Below, piece after piece: positions 24,778 to 34,791 of a stretch of 64,000 nucleotides of DNA (positions within the stretch are counted from its first letter, which is position 1; each line of letters opens with the position of its first letter). Origin of the DNA: Mycobacteriales bacterium (lineage in GTDB: Bacteria; Actinomycetota; Actinomycetes; Mycobacteriales; QHCD01). The position numbers and the translations under genes were made by a program. The notes beneath the pieces are model-generated. The model ran no database searches and was not told where the DNA came from. It was given only the letters and a program-made list of their open reading frames with translations. Location of the stretch: the NCBI GenBank assembly GCA_040414495.1, contig JBEDUI010000054.1, forward strand, positions 15,253 through 79,252, in the 5' to 3' direction.

Positions 24778-26139
24778 CTAATCGGCCGGGCCGTCCGAAC
24801 CGGCTGGATATTCCCTGAGCGGCACCAGGTTTCGCGACCACGCGGAAAGTACCGGCGCCACGACTCTCCACGACTCTTCGGCCTCGTCGCCGCGGATAGA
24901 CAGAGCCGGATCGCCGTTCAGTACGTCAAGCAGCAGCCTTCCGTACGGAGGCAATTCGGGTGTCGCCAGTTGCGCGGTCAGCCGGAGCGGGGCGAACGTC
25001 CGCGCGCGGGCGCCGGTCCCGGTCAGGTCGAGCGTCAGGGTTTCCGGGTCGAGGCCGAAGCGCAGGATATTGGGCAGGACGTCCCCGCTGTGTCCGAACG
25101 GCATGTGTGGCACCGATCGGAAATGTACGGTGACCTCTTTCCGATCGTCGCCGAGCGCTTTACCACTGCGTAGTCGGAACTTCGTTCCGGCCCATCGCCA
25201 ATTGTCGAGTTCCAGGTCCATCTCGGCGTATGTTTCGGTGCCGCGATTCGGGTCCACTCCCTCTTCGTCGCGGTAGGCGGGGATTTCATGGTCACCGATA
25301 CGGCCCGCACCATAACGGCCCCGGCGCGTGCGATGTCGTACGTCGTTATCTGTGAGGGGACGCACGGACCGCAATACGTCGACTTTCCGGTCCCGTAGGT
25401 CGCGCTCGCCGAGGCTTATCGGCGGTTCCATCGCTACCAGGCAGAGCAATTGCAGCAGGTGATTCTGCACCATGTCCTTGAGTGCCCCGGCGCCGTCGTA
25501 ATATCCAGCCCTGCCCTCGAGCGTGAGGCGCTCGTCCCAGACAATCTCTACCTCGGAAATATGGGCGCTGTTCCACAGTGGCTCGAGCACCCGGTTGGCC
25601 AGCCGGCTGCCGAGCACATTCTCGACAGTCGTCATGGCCAGAAAATGGTCGACCCGGAAAACAGCGTCCTCGGGCGCCACATCAGCCAACAGCCGATTCA
25701 GCTCGATCGCACTGGCCAGGTCCACGCCAAACGGCTTTTCCAGCACGATCCGGCTGCCCGGCGGCAGGCCCGCCTCATGCAGCGTGTCTACGGCGCGCGA
25801 GAACAGCGCCGGCGGCAGCGCGAGGTAGACGGCGACGGGCCGGTCATCACCGGAGATGATCGACGCGACATCGGCGACCTGGGTGATATCCGCGCGCCGA
25901 AAGCTGGCCGATGCCGCGATGGCTTTGCCCGCATCGACCGGCCACGCGTCGGCATAACGGTCGAGCTGTGCGCTGACCCAGGACTGGAACTGATCATTGG
26001 TCCGCTCACCGCGGTCAGCGCAGGTCAACTCGAACTGGTCGGTGAGCTGCCCGGCCGCTCGCAGGGCAACCAGGCCGGGCAACAAATACCGCGCGCTGAG
26101 GTCGCCGGTGCCACCGAAAATAGCTAGCCGATCGATCAT
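24778..26139 (-). CDS. glucose-6-phosphate-dehydrogenase-family protein (divergent Zwf paralog)
   Basis: 453 aa. GGTGDLSARYLLPGL, EKPFG, RVDHFLAMTTVENVLG (canonical RIDHYLGKE lost its GKE), MVQNHLLQLLCLVAMEPP. Confidence 0.85.
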   Translation of the reverse strand: MIDRLAIFGGTGDLSARYLLPGLVALRAAGQLTDQFELTCADRGERTNDQFQSWVSAQLDRYADAWPVDAGKAIAASASFRRADITQVADVASIISGDDRPVAVYLALPPALFSRAVDTLHEAGLPPGSRIVLEKPFGVDLASAIELNRLLADVAPEDAVFRVDHFLAMTTVENVLGSRLANRVLEPLWNSAHISEVEIVWDERLTLEGRAGYYDGAGALKDMVQNHLLQLLCLVAMEPPISLGERDLRDRKVDVLRSVRPLTDNDVRHRTRRGRYGAGRIGDHEIPAYRDEEGVDPNRGTETYAEMDLELDNWRWAGTKFRLRSGKALGDDRKEVTVHFRSVPHMPFGHSGDVLPNILRFGLDPETLTLDLTGTGARARTFAPLRLTAQLATPELPPYGRLLLDVLNGDPALSIRGDEAEESWRVVAPVLSAWSRNLVPLREYPAGSDGPAD

Positions 26140-26615
26140 GTCGCCGCTCCTTCGGCTCGAGCTAGGTTGCGGACTTAGATACGCCGAGATCTCACTACGC
26201 CAATCTGGCGCGAAATAGCAGGATTTCTAGAGCGTAATGAAACAGGATCGCAAACTCTCTTCATAACTACTTTCATCCGCCATCATCGCCTCACACCCGT
26301 ATCTGACGGCTTCCGCGACCTCAGCGGAGGGCAACACGCAACGATACTGGTGTCCCGGGAGGCTGACCGCAAATCGGCCGCACGCTACTGGCATTACATT
26401 TCAGTGTCGAAATATCACCGTACGCCGGGACAAAATTAACCGGATATCGCCCAGGCCGCGCGCAAGGCAGACAGAGTCGGTCCTGGCCGGCGCGCCGGTG
26501 CGCGCAAACCCGCTTAAAGTGAGGGCTGTCCGTCGCCAGCTGCGTAAAGCCCGCGTTGAAATTCAGATTAAGTCCACTAATGGCGAACATTGTCGGGAAT
26601 CTGGAGGGAAAGCTG

Positions 26616-28355
26616 ATGGAAGAAGCCGTACCGCCGCTTCGCAGCCAGCGGCTCCGCATGGTCAACCATCAGGGAGACGCACTCCGGATGGGGATGAACT
26701 GGACCGAGGAAGATCTCGCCAAACCGCAGGTCCTGGTGGACAGCGCCTACGGTATGGGCCATCCAGGGACGTTTCACTTTCGCGAGCTGATCGAGGAAGT
26801 CAGCAACGGTGTCTATGAGGCCGGCGGGAAACCGGGAGTTTTTACGGTCAGCGACATTTGCGACGGCGTAGCCCAGGCCACCGACGGTATGAGCTATTCG
26901 CTGATCTCGCGCGACATTATGGCGGCCATGGTCGAAATCCATGCCCTGGGGCATCCTCACGACGGCATGGTCCTGATCTCCGGCAACGACAAATCGGTCC
27001 CCGCGCACCTGCTCGCCATCGCGCGTTGCAACCTGCCGGCCATCCACCTGCCCGGGGGCACGCAGCTGAACGGACCCGACTACCTCACTTCGAGCGAATT
27101 GTGGTCCATGGGGGCCGCCGTCGAGCGCGGCGAAATGCCCCGGCAGGATCTGGAGCGCGCGCAGCGGGGCGCCTGCCCGACCTGCGGGGCTTGCCAGTTC
27201 ATGGGCAGTGCCAGCACCGGACAGGTACTCGCCGAGGCACTGGGACTCGCGCTGCCCGGATCCGCCCTGATCCCGGCGCCGTTGACCAAGCTCCTGCGGT
27301 ACGCCCGCGCCACCGGCAAGCAGCTGCTGTCGCTGATCGAGCGGGACATCAAGCCGAGCGACATCCTGACCCGGGAAGCGTTCGAGAATGCCATTGTCCT
27401 GCATGCCGCCATTGGCGGGTCGACCAACGCGCTGCTCCATCTGCCGCCGATCGCCCGGGAGGCCGGGATCGAGGTGACCATCGACGACTTCGACCGTATC
27501 CACCGGCGGGTCCCGGTGCTGGCCGATCTCAAGACGATCGGCCGATATCCGGCCGAATACCTCTGGTATGCCGGCGGTGTCCCAGCCGTCATGCTCGAGC
27601 TACGAGATCTGCTGCACCTGGACTGCATCACCGTCACCGGCAAAACGCTCGGCGATAACCTCGACGAGATCGAGCAGGACCCGTTCTTCTTCGCCGAACG
27701 GCGCGGCTACCTGAACAATTACAAGACCAATAAAGAAGAAATCATCCGGCCCCGCTCGGATCCATTCGCCATGGACGGCGGGGTTGCCGTCCTGTACGGA
27801 AATCTTGCCCCCGACGGCGCCATGATCAAAACATTCTCGGTGCCCAAGGAAATGCACATTCACACCGGCCCTGCTCGCGTTTTCGAGCACGAGGATGATG
27901 CCGTACACGCACTGATACGGCGCGAACTGACGCCCGGCGACGTCATGGTCATCCGGTACGAGGGGCCGCGCGCGAACGGCATGCCCGAGATGTATTTCGC
28001 CGCCGCTATTCTCGCCGCCGATCGGGTCCTCAACACCACGACGGCGATCGTCACCGATGGTCGCTATTCAGGCGCGATGCGCGGGCCCTGCATCGGGCAT
28101 GTCGCTCCGGAGGCAATCGACGGCGGCCCCATCGCACTGGTGGCCGACCATGACCTCATCGAGATCAACGTGCCCGAACGCCGCCTGGCCATCGTCGGGA
28201 TTGCCGGTGAGCAGCTCCCAGCCGATCAGGTCGAACAGGTACTGGCCGAACGCCGCCGTGCCTGGAAAGCCGAGCCGCCGCGTCATCCCAGCGGAATTCT
28301 CTCGTTGTATTCGCGGGTCGCCCGCACCGCTTCGGAAGGAGCGTCGATCACCTAG
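26616..28355 (+). CDS. IlvD/Edd-family dehydratase (sugar-acid/dihydroxy-acid dehydratase)
   Basis: ATG 26616 with RBS GGAGGGAA. CDGVAQATDGMSYSL, GACPTCGACQFMGSA, TDGRYSGAMRGPCIGHVAPEA. Confidence 0.85.
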   Translation: MEEAVPPLRSQRLRMVNHQGDALRMGMNWTEEDLAKPQVLVDSAYGMGHPGTFHFRELIEEVSNGVYEAGGKPGVFTVSDICDGVAQATDGMSYSLISRDIMAAMVEIHALGHPHDGMVLISGNDKSVPAHLLAIARCNLPAIHLPGGTQLNGPDYLTSSELWSMGAAVERGEMPRQDLERAQRGACPTCGACQFMGSASTGQVLAEALGLALPGSALIPAPLTKLLRYARATGKQLLSLIERDIKPSDILTREAFENAIVLHAAIGGSTNALLHLPPIAREAGIEVTIDDFDRIHRRVPVLADLKTIGRYPAEYLWYAGGVPAVMLELRDLLHLDCITVTGKTLGDNLDEIEQDPFFFAERRGYLNNYKTNKEEIIRPRSDPFAMDGGVAVLYGNLAPDGAMIKTFSVPKEMHIHTGPARVFEHEDDAVHALIRRELTPGDVMVIRYEGPRANGMPEMYFAAAILAADRVLNTTTAIVTDGRYSGAMRGPCIGHVAPEAIDGGPIALVADHDLIEINVPERRLAIVGIAGEQLPADQVEQVLAERRRAWKAEPPRHPSGILSLYSRVARTASEGASIT

Positions 28356-28409
28356 GACGAATTACCTAGGGGAGAATGCGGCCATCCTTTCGCGTAAAGG
28401 TGATAAGAA

Positions 28410-29431
28410 ATGACCAACACGATGCAGCAAACCGTAGTCATCGCCGACTACGATTACGGCGACGTTGATATCGAACGCGCCATTATCGAAGGCGCCGGAC
28501 TCCGGCTCATTACCGCCCAGTGCAAGACCGAGGACGATGTCATCGAAACCGCCAGCGACGCGGACGCGATCATCGCCCAATACGCCACGGTCGGCGCGCG
28601 GGCTATCGACGCTCTTACCCGCTGCAAGGTCATCGCGCGGTACGGCACCGGCGTCGACATCGTCGACGTGGACGCGGCGACTCGACGCGGAATCCTGGTC
28701 ACCAACGTGCCCAACGACTGGTGCCAGAACGAGGTCGCCGATCACGCCATGGCTCTGCTTCTGGCCGCGGCCAGAAAGATCGCCACTTATGACCGGGCCA
28801 CCCGCGCGGGAGTCTGGCGATGGCAGTCCGGCGAGCCGATCCACCGGATGCAGGGACGGACCCTGGGGCTGCTGTCGTTCGGCGCGATCGCGCAGACGAT
28901 CGCCATCAGGGCGCACGCATTCGGCGTGCACGTCATCGCACACGACCCGTACATGGCGCCGGACGACGTGACCGCCCACGGCGCCACCCCGGTGTCATTC
29001 GACGAATTGATCGAGCAGTCGGACTACCTGGTGATCCAGGCGCCGCTGACCAAGGAGACCCACCACCGCATTGGCGAAGCGGAACTGCGGCGCATGAACC
29101 GACGCTGATTCTGATCAACACCGCTCGCGGGCCCATCGTCAGTGACGAGGCTCTGTACGTGGCGCTCAAGGAAGGCTGGATCGGCGGCGCTGGCCTGGAC
29201 GACATCGAGGAGGAACCGGCCAAGCAGCGGGACTGGACGCCGCAGAATCCGCTCTTCGGTCTGGACAATGTCGTCATTACGCCACATGCGGCCTATTACT
29301 CCGAGGAAGCCATTCACACGGTGCGCGATTTCGCGGCGCACGAGGTGGTACGGGTGCTGACCGGGCAGCCGCCGCAGTCGCCCGTGAACGCGGCCCAACT
29401 CGCGATCGTTCAGCCGCGCCACTCGACCTGA
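28410..29431 (+). pseudogene. D-isomer-specific 2-hydroxyacid dehydrogenase, interrupted by a -1 frameshift near 29097-29099
   Basis: Frame A ends ...AELRRMNRR* (29108). Frame B continues (K)PTLILINTARG...LDDIEEEP...ITPHAAYYS to 29431. Restoring one A/G after ATGAA gives AELRRMKPTLILINTARG. Confidence 0.75.
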
Positions 29432-29561
29432 ATCGAATCTGCAATCCGCGCTCGGGAATTGTTCGATCCGTCGCGGGAAGTATCACTCCCGAATTGACCG
29501 AGCGAGCCGGCGGAGGTCCGGGGTCCTGAGACGGGTCGACGCGGCGGAACAGGCGGATCAG

Positions 29562-30371
29562 GTGACATCGCTGTCATTGTCGGGCTCCGAGGTGGCGCAC
29601 AGCAGGGTTATGGCGGTCGCGGCCCGTGCTGGTCTGTTGGCGCGCGGCGTTGTCTATCTGCTCATGGGCTGGCTCGCGATCAAGATCGCTATGGGCCAGC
29701 GCAGCCGACAGGCCAATCAAAAAGGCGCACTGGCCGATGTGGCCTCGCATTCGGGCGGTACGGTGCTGCTGATCGCGCTGGCCGGTGGATTCGCCGCGTA
29801 CGCATTGTGGCAATTGAGCCAATCCATTTACGGCACCGCCACCGACGGCCGGAAAACGAGCGCCCGGCTCAGCTCACTGGTGCGTTGTGTGGGTTACGCG
29901 GGACTGTGTGCCACCGCGATCAGCGTCCTCACCGGGTCGTCCAACACCGGGCAGGATCAGCAGCAGGCCGGCCTCACCGCGCGCCTGATGCACCACACCG
30001 GAGGGCGTTGGTTGGTCGGCGTCATCGGCTGTGTCGTGGTCATTGTCGGGGCCACGATGATGGCCGACGGTCTACGTAGGACATTCGTCAAAGAGCTGCG
30101 GATCGCACGGATGGAGGCCACGACCCGGCGAATTGTGGTGGCGGTCGGGGCCATCGGCTCCACCGCCCGCGGAGTTGTCGTCACCCTCGCGGGCGTCCTG
30201 GTCGTGGACGCCGCCGCAACCGCGGACCCGGCGAAATCCACCGGGCTCGATGGCGCGCTTCGTACGCTGTCCCACCAAACCTACGGACCGTGGTTGCTGG
30301 GCAGCGCGGCGCTCGGTTTGATCGCCTTCGGCATTTACGGCCTCGCTTCGACAAAATGGACGAAGGTGTGA
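29562..30371 (+). CDS. DUF1206-domain membrane protein
   Basis: 269 aa. Three repeats of the ARGVVYLLMGWLAI-type TM pair. Confidence 0.7.
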   Translation: MTSLSLSGSEVAHSRVMAVAARAGLLARGVVYLLMGWLAIKIAMGQRSRQANQKGALADVASHSGGTVLLIALAGGFAAYALWQLSQSIYGTATDGRKTSARLSSLVRCVGYAGLCATAISVLTGSSNTGQDQQQAGLTARLMHHTGGRWLVGVIGCVVVIVGATMMADGLRRTFVKELRIARMEATTRRIVVAVGAIGSTARGVVVTLAGVLVVDAAATADPAKSTGLDGALRTLSHQTYGPWLLGSAALGLIAFGIYGLASTKWTKV

Positions 30372-30476
30372 AATACCACTGCGGGTTATCTCCAGTCGCT
30401 TCGCCCAGCCCGCGCGGCCAGAGCGCGGAGACCTTGATGATCGACTACCGTTCATCCGCTGTGGGGGGAACCACAG

Positions 30477-31193
30477 GTGACTGACGAGGACCGGCTGCAC
30501 AGCTTATGGCGCATAGTGCTCGTCGCCGGCCAACGGCCGAGCGAGGACGGTTGGGCGGCCGCGGTCGCTCGCGGATGCGCAGCGGTTTTGCCGAGCATCG
30601 ACAGTGTGGCGATCACCCTGCGAACCCGTACCGCCGGCCCCGAGGAGCTGTTCGGCGCCAGCGACCCGTGGGCAGCGCGCCTGGACGAAGCCCAATTCAC
30701 GATGGGCGAAGGCCCCGGCGCGGATGCCCACCGCCTGGGCAGCCCGGTCTTCGTGCCCGACCTCGTCGGGGACAGCGCCCGCTGGCCAGCTTTCAGCGAT
30801 GCCGCGCTGAGCGACGGAGCGGCCGCGATTTTCGCGTTCCCGCTCCACACCGGCGCCATCAAACTGGGAACGCTAACGCTTTACCGGTGCCGGACCGGTG
30901 GCCTGCCCCGACCCGAATCGGCCGACGCCGCCGTGCTGGCCGATTACGTGACCCACGCCGTTCTGGCCGACATGGCGCTGGTCCAGCTTGCTGGAGGACA
31001 GTGGGCACCGCCGAACGAGTCCTATCACCAGGTCAGCATCGCCACCGGGATGCTGGCCGCACGACTGCACATCACTTTGCCGCAGGCGTTCGCCCGGTTG
31101 CAGGCGCGCGCGTTCGCGGAGGGACGATCGCTTCGACAGGTCGCCGACGACGTCGTCGCCTGGCGTACCGAATTGAGTCAGTGGACGGAGTAA
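30477..31193 (+). CDS. GAF + ANTAR domain RNA-binding regulator
   Basis: 238 aa. C-terminal ANTAR VSIATGMLAARLHITLPQAFARLQARAFAEGRSLRQVADDVV. Confidence 0.75.
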   Translation: MTDEDRLHSLWRIVLVAGQRPSEDGWAAAVARGCAAVLPSIDSVAITLRTRTAGPEELFGASDPWAARLDEAQFTMGEGPGADAHRLGSPVFVPDLVGDSARWPAFSDAALSDGAAAIFAFPLHTGAIKLGTLTLYRCRTGGLPRPESADAAVLADYVTHAVLADMALVQLAGGQWAPPNESYHQVSIATGMLAARLHITLPQAFARLQARAFAEGRSLRQVADDVVAWRTELSQWTE

Positions 31194-31197
31194 TCCC

Positions 31198-31935
31198 GTG
31201 AGCACATCCGCGGCACGCAGCACCCTCGCCGAGACGCTCTCGGATATCACAACCGGGCTCGTCGTCGACCCCTCCGATACGTTCGGCTCCCTGTCCGCGG
31301 TCGTAGCCGCCTCCACCGAGTTGCTGCCCGCCGTGGCCGCGGGAATCCTGATCGCCGACCCGCGTGGTGGCGTCACCGTCCTGATCGCGTCCAACGAAAC
31401 CGCGCAGTTCATCGAGATGCTGCAGGCGCAGTACGAGCAGGGACCTTGTCTGGACTGCGTCACCAGCGGCCAGCTGGTCCGCTCGGACGACCTGACCCAG
31501 GAGGATCGCTGGCCCGATCTGGCCCAAGCCGCCCGCGATGCCGGCTACACGGCGGTCGACGCAATACCGCTGCGACTCGGGCGGAACACCCTCGGCGGCC
31601 TGAACCTCTTTTACAGCAATGACACCCAGGCGAGCGACGACGATCTCCTCATCGGCAAAACCCTCGCCGACCTGACCGTTCTCGCCCTGACCCAGGACAT
31701 CCCGACCCATCGGGAGGCGCTGTTCACCAGAGCCACGCTGAACGCCCTCAACGACCGCGTACTCGTGGGCCACGCCATCGGCATGATCGCCGGAACGCTG
31801 AACCTCACCCCCGACGCGGCCCGGCTGCGTCTGCAACACCATGCCAACGCCACCCAGATCCCGCTCCCCCGGCTCGCGGCCGCCATCACCGACCGGCGAC
31901 TGGCCCCCGGCGAGCTGGCGACTCCATCGCATTGA
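31198..31935 (+). CDS. GAF + ANTAR domain RNA-binding regulator (tandem paralog)
   Basis: 245 aa. ANTAR VLVGHAIGMIAGTLNLTPDAARLRLQHHANATQIPLPRLAAAI. Confidence 0.75.
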   Translation: MSTSAARSTLAETLSDITTGLVVDPSDTFGSLSAVVAASTELLPAVAAGILIADPRGGVTVLIASNETAQFIEMLQAQYEQGPCLDCVTSGQLVRSDDLTQEDRWPDLAQAARDAGYTAVDAIPLRLGRNTLGGLNLFYSNDTQASDDDLLIGKTLADLTVLALTQDIPTHREALFTRATLNALNDRVLVGHAIGMIAGTLNLTPDAARLRLQHHANATQIPLPRLAAAITDRRLAPGELATPSH

Positions 31936-31968
31936 GTCGTCCAGCCCGCCCGGGTGCAACTGCCCCAG

Positions 31969-32679
31969 CTAACCGACGGAAATGTCGTCCGAACGTCCGG
32001 CCTCGATGCGCGGCCATTGCGCGATCGGCCGACCGCCTGCCCGTACGAAGCCGTCAAACTCCTGGGGCCAACCATCCGGAGAGTCCTCCCACGGCTCCTG
32101 CCGTCCGTACACCGTGAGGTCCATCAACGCGTAGTTGTTGTCCATCGCCTCAACGCCACGACCGGTCGTCCAGTAGGTCTCAAAGACCCGGTCGCCGTCG
32201 CGTATATAGCTGGCCAACACGAACGGCGCGCGCCCGGCGATCAAGGTGTCGCGAGAGTCGCGGGCCGAATACCACGGAATATCCCAGCCCATGAAATCCC
32301 GGTATTTAACGCTTTCGGCGTACGGGCCCTGACACAGCACGGCGTACGTGATGTCCCGCGAGTGCAGGTACGCCAGCTCCATGACCTGGGTCGTGATCCA
32401 CGTACAGCCCTCGCATTGCCCGGCGGCGGGCTGCCCGTCGTGCCACATGAAGTAGTACGCGAGCAACTGCTGGCGGCCTTCGAACGCATCAAGCAGGGTG
32501 ATCGGCCCGTTCGGCCCGATCAACGGGGTGCTCGCGTCCACCTCGACCATCGGCAGCCGGCGCCGGGCCGCGGCGATCGCGCTGCCTTCGCGGGTGTGTG
32601 CCTTTTCCCTGATCCGCAGTTTGTCCAGTTCGGCTTGGTACGTGGCCCGGTCAACGATCGTGGGCAGTGGGTGAGTCAT
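31969..32679 (-). CDS. DUF899 thioredoxin-like protein
   Basis: Trimmed to MTHPLPTIVDRATYQAELDKLRIREKAHTREGSAIAAARRRLPMVEV. CEGC motif. Confidence 0.75.
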   Translation of the reverse strand: MTHPLPTIVDRATYQAELDKLRIREKAHTREGSAIAAARRRLPMVEVDASTPLIGPNGPITLLDAFEGRQQLLAYYFMWHDGQPAAGQCEGCTWITTQVMELAYLHSRDITYAVLCQGPYAESVKYRDFMGWDIPWYSARDSRDTLIAGRAPFVLASYIRDGDRVFETYWTTGRGVEAMDNNYALMDLTVYGRQEPWEDSPDGWPQEFDGFVRAGGRPIAQWPRIEAGRSDDISVG

Positions 32680-32759
32680 GACTAATTCCCTTCTCGTGTT
32701 CTCGATTTCGCCCCACTGACGAAGGCCGCGACGCGACATCGACATCGCGCCGAAAAAAG

Positions 32760-33986
32760 TTAGAGTTCCCCGATCCGCCCGGTCAGATAACGTCGTTCGG
32801 CCTCGGTCGGCGCCAACCCGAGCGCCTGCTCGTACGCCGCTCTTGCCTCGTCCTTGCGGCCGTCCCGTCTGAGCAGATCGGCCCGGGTCGCGTACAGCAG
32901 GTGATATTTCTCGAGCCGACCGGACTCGACCAGCCCATCCACCAGCGCGAGGCCGGCCGGAATACTCTCCGCCATCGCCACCGCGACGGCGCGATTGAGC
33001 TCGACCACCGGCGAGGGCGCCAGCCGCAGCAACTCGTTGTAGAGCCGGGCTATCTGAGGCCAGTCCGTATTCCCGACGTCGGCCGCGGTGTCGTGGCAGG
33101 CTGCGATCGCGGCCTGCACCTGGTACGGACCGCCGCGGCGCATGCTGATCGCGTCGTCCAACACCGCGACGCCTTCGTCGATCAACCCGCGATCCCACTG
33201 GGCTCGGTCCTGATGTTCCAGGGGCACTAACACGCCATCATCGGTACGGGTGGCCCGCCGCGCCTCGTTGAGCAACATCAACGCCAGCAGTCCGCGTGGC
33301 TCGGGTTCGGTCGGCATCAGCCGGGTCAGCACTCGGGCCAGGTGGATCGCCTCGGCCGCCAGGGCACGCGTCTCGTCGTGCTCGTCGTAGCCCTCGTTGA
33401 AGATCAGGTAGAGCACCGCGAGTACCGCCGCCAGCCGCTGCGGCAGCAGTTCGGCGGGCGGGACCCGGTACGGAATTCCGGCCTCGGAAATCTTGCGTTT
33501 GGCCCGGACCAGGCGTTGCGCCATCGCCGATTCGGCGGTCAGGAACGCCCGGGCGATTTCGCCGGTGCTCAGTCCGGTCAGCGTGCGCAACGTCAGGGCG
33601 ACCCGGGCCTCGAACGGCAATGCCGGATGGCAGCAGGTGAAGATCAGGCGCAGGCGTTCGTCCGGGATCTCCTCGATCGATGGCTCTTCTCGGACAAATA
33701 CGGCGAGTTGCCGCAGTTTCGCCCGGCCGGTGGCGTCGCGACGCAGGCGGTCGGTCGCCCGGTTGCGCGCGGTGGTGGTGAGCCACGCACCCGGATTGTT
33801 CGGAATGCCGTCGCGCCGCCACGTCGCCAACGCCGCCGCGAACGCATCCTGCGCGCAATCCTCGGCCAAATCCCAGTCCCCGGTCAGTCCGATCAGCGTC
33901 GCGACGACCTGACCCCAGGCATCCCGATATGCCGCGTCGACCGCGGTGCGTACGGCGTCATCGGACGCCCGCATTCCCACCGTCAT
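32760..33986 (-). CDS. ECF sigma factor with long C-terminal TPR-like extension (ECF42-type)
   Basis: Trimmed to MTVGMRASDD (ATGA overlap with the YciI stop). Sigma-2 and sigma-4 regions followed by about 230 aa of extension. Confidence 0.8.
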   Translation of the reverse strand: MTVGMRASDDAVRTAVDAAYRDAWGQVVATLIGLTGDWDLAEDCAQDAFAAALATWRRDGIPNNPGAWLTTTARNRATDRLRRDATGRAKLRQLAVFVREEPSIEEIPDERLRLIFTCCHPALPFEARVALTLRTLTGLSTGEIARAFLTAESAMAQRLVRAKRKISEAGIPYRVPPAELLPQRLAAVLAVLYLIFNEGYDEHDETRALAAEAIHLARVLTRLMPTEPEPRGLLALMLLNEARRATRTDDGVLVPLEHQDRAQWDRGLIDEGVAVLDDAISMRRGGPYQVQAAIAACHDTAADVGNTDWPQIARLYNELLRLAPSPVVELNRAVAVAMAESIPAGLALVDGLVESGRLEKYHLLYATRADLLRRDGRKDEARAAYEQALGLAPTEAERRYLTGRIGEL

Positions 33987-34318
33987 TCCCACAGTGGACG
34001 GATCTCGACACCGCCCCATTGCGCGTACGGATGGCCGGCGGCGATCACAATCGCCTCGTCGAGGTCGGCGCAGTCGATGACGACAATGCCGCCGACGAAG
34101 TCCTTCGTCTCGGCGTACGGTCCGTCCGAGACGAGCGTCTCCCCCTTGCGCACCCGCACCGACGTGGCATCGGCGATCGGCCGCAACCGCGCGCCGTACA
34201 GCCTGCCGCCCCGCCGGTCCAGATCCGCCAGCCACGCCTGGTGCACAGGATCGGCGTCCAGTTCCTCGTTGCTCGGAGACTTGGACTCGTCGTCGCAGAT
34301 CAGCAGCACATACTTCAT
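33983..34318 (-). CDS. YciI/DGPF-family protein
   Basis: Trimmed to MKYVLLICDDE... GPYAETKDFVGGIVVIDCADLDEAI. Confidence 0.8.
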   Translation of the reverse strand: MKYVLLICDDESKSPSNEELDADPVHQAWLADLDRRGGRLYGARLRPIADATSVRVRKGETLVSDGPYAETKDFVGGIVVIDCADLDEAIVIAAGHPYAQWGGVEIRPLWE

Positions 34319-34388
34319 ACGCCAGAGTCTGACACTCGAGTCCGACAACGGCTGCCGCACCGCCGTCGGCGCCAGCCGTCAGATTTCT

Positions 34389-34627
34389 CCCATGGTCGAA
34401 GCCCGTAGCACGCAGCTGATCCAGGCGAGCCCGGACCAGATCCTCGAATTCGTGATGGACATCGAGCAATACGCGCGGATCGACGCGAAAATCCGGCCGG
34501 TGCCGTGGAGTCGGCGCAACGAAATGTCACCGAATTCGGCCCGTTGTTGCGTCGCCGGCTACCCGGAGAAGTGGACGAGGAGCTCTTACTGGCCAAACGC
34601 GAACTGGAGAATTCGACTGCGCAGTAA
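34389..34627 (+). pseudogene. short, frameshifted remnant of an SRPBCC/START-like gene
   Basis: MVEARSTQLIQASPDQILEFVMDIEQYARIDAKIRPVPWSRR, then the frame changes to ..NVTEFGPLLRR.. and stops at 34627. This is far shorter than a normal SRPBCC protein. Confidence 0.3.
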
Positions 34628-34791
34628 GGGTTTCAGCGGGGCCCGGCTCTCACATTTGTTGACTCTGTCCACAAGGGACGATCAGTGGTCGGATAGGCGT
34701 TCGATACCGCCTTGCCTGTGCGTTGCAGACCTGCGGTAGGTACAGTCCCACCAGCGGCGACGACGCCGGTGGCTGCGGACTGGAGTCGTTC

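Noticed and set aside
28820-29431. Calling 28820-29431 as an independent 203-aa gene
   Set aside because: Only its last ~110 residues look like protein (the catalytic half of a 2-hydroxyacid dehydrogenase). It is the downstream frame of the frameshifted gene 28410-29431.
34319-34400. ECF42-type promoter (TGTCGG) upstream of the YciI gene
   Set aside because: The TGTCGG hexamer lies only 23 nt from the ATG and no CGTC-like -10 element sits at a sensible distance. My recollection of the ECF42 promoter consensus is also uncertain.
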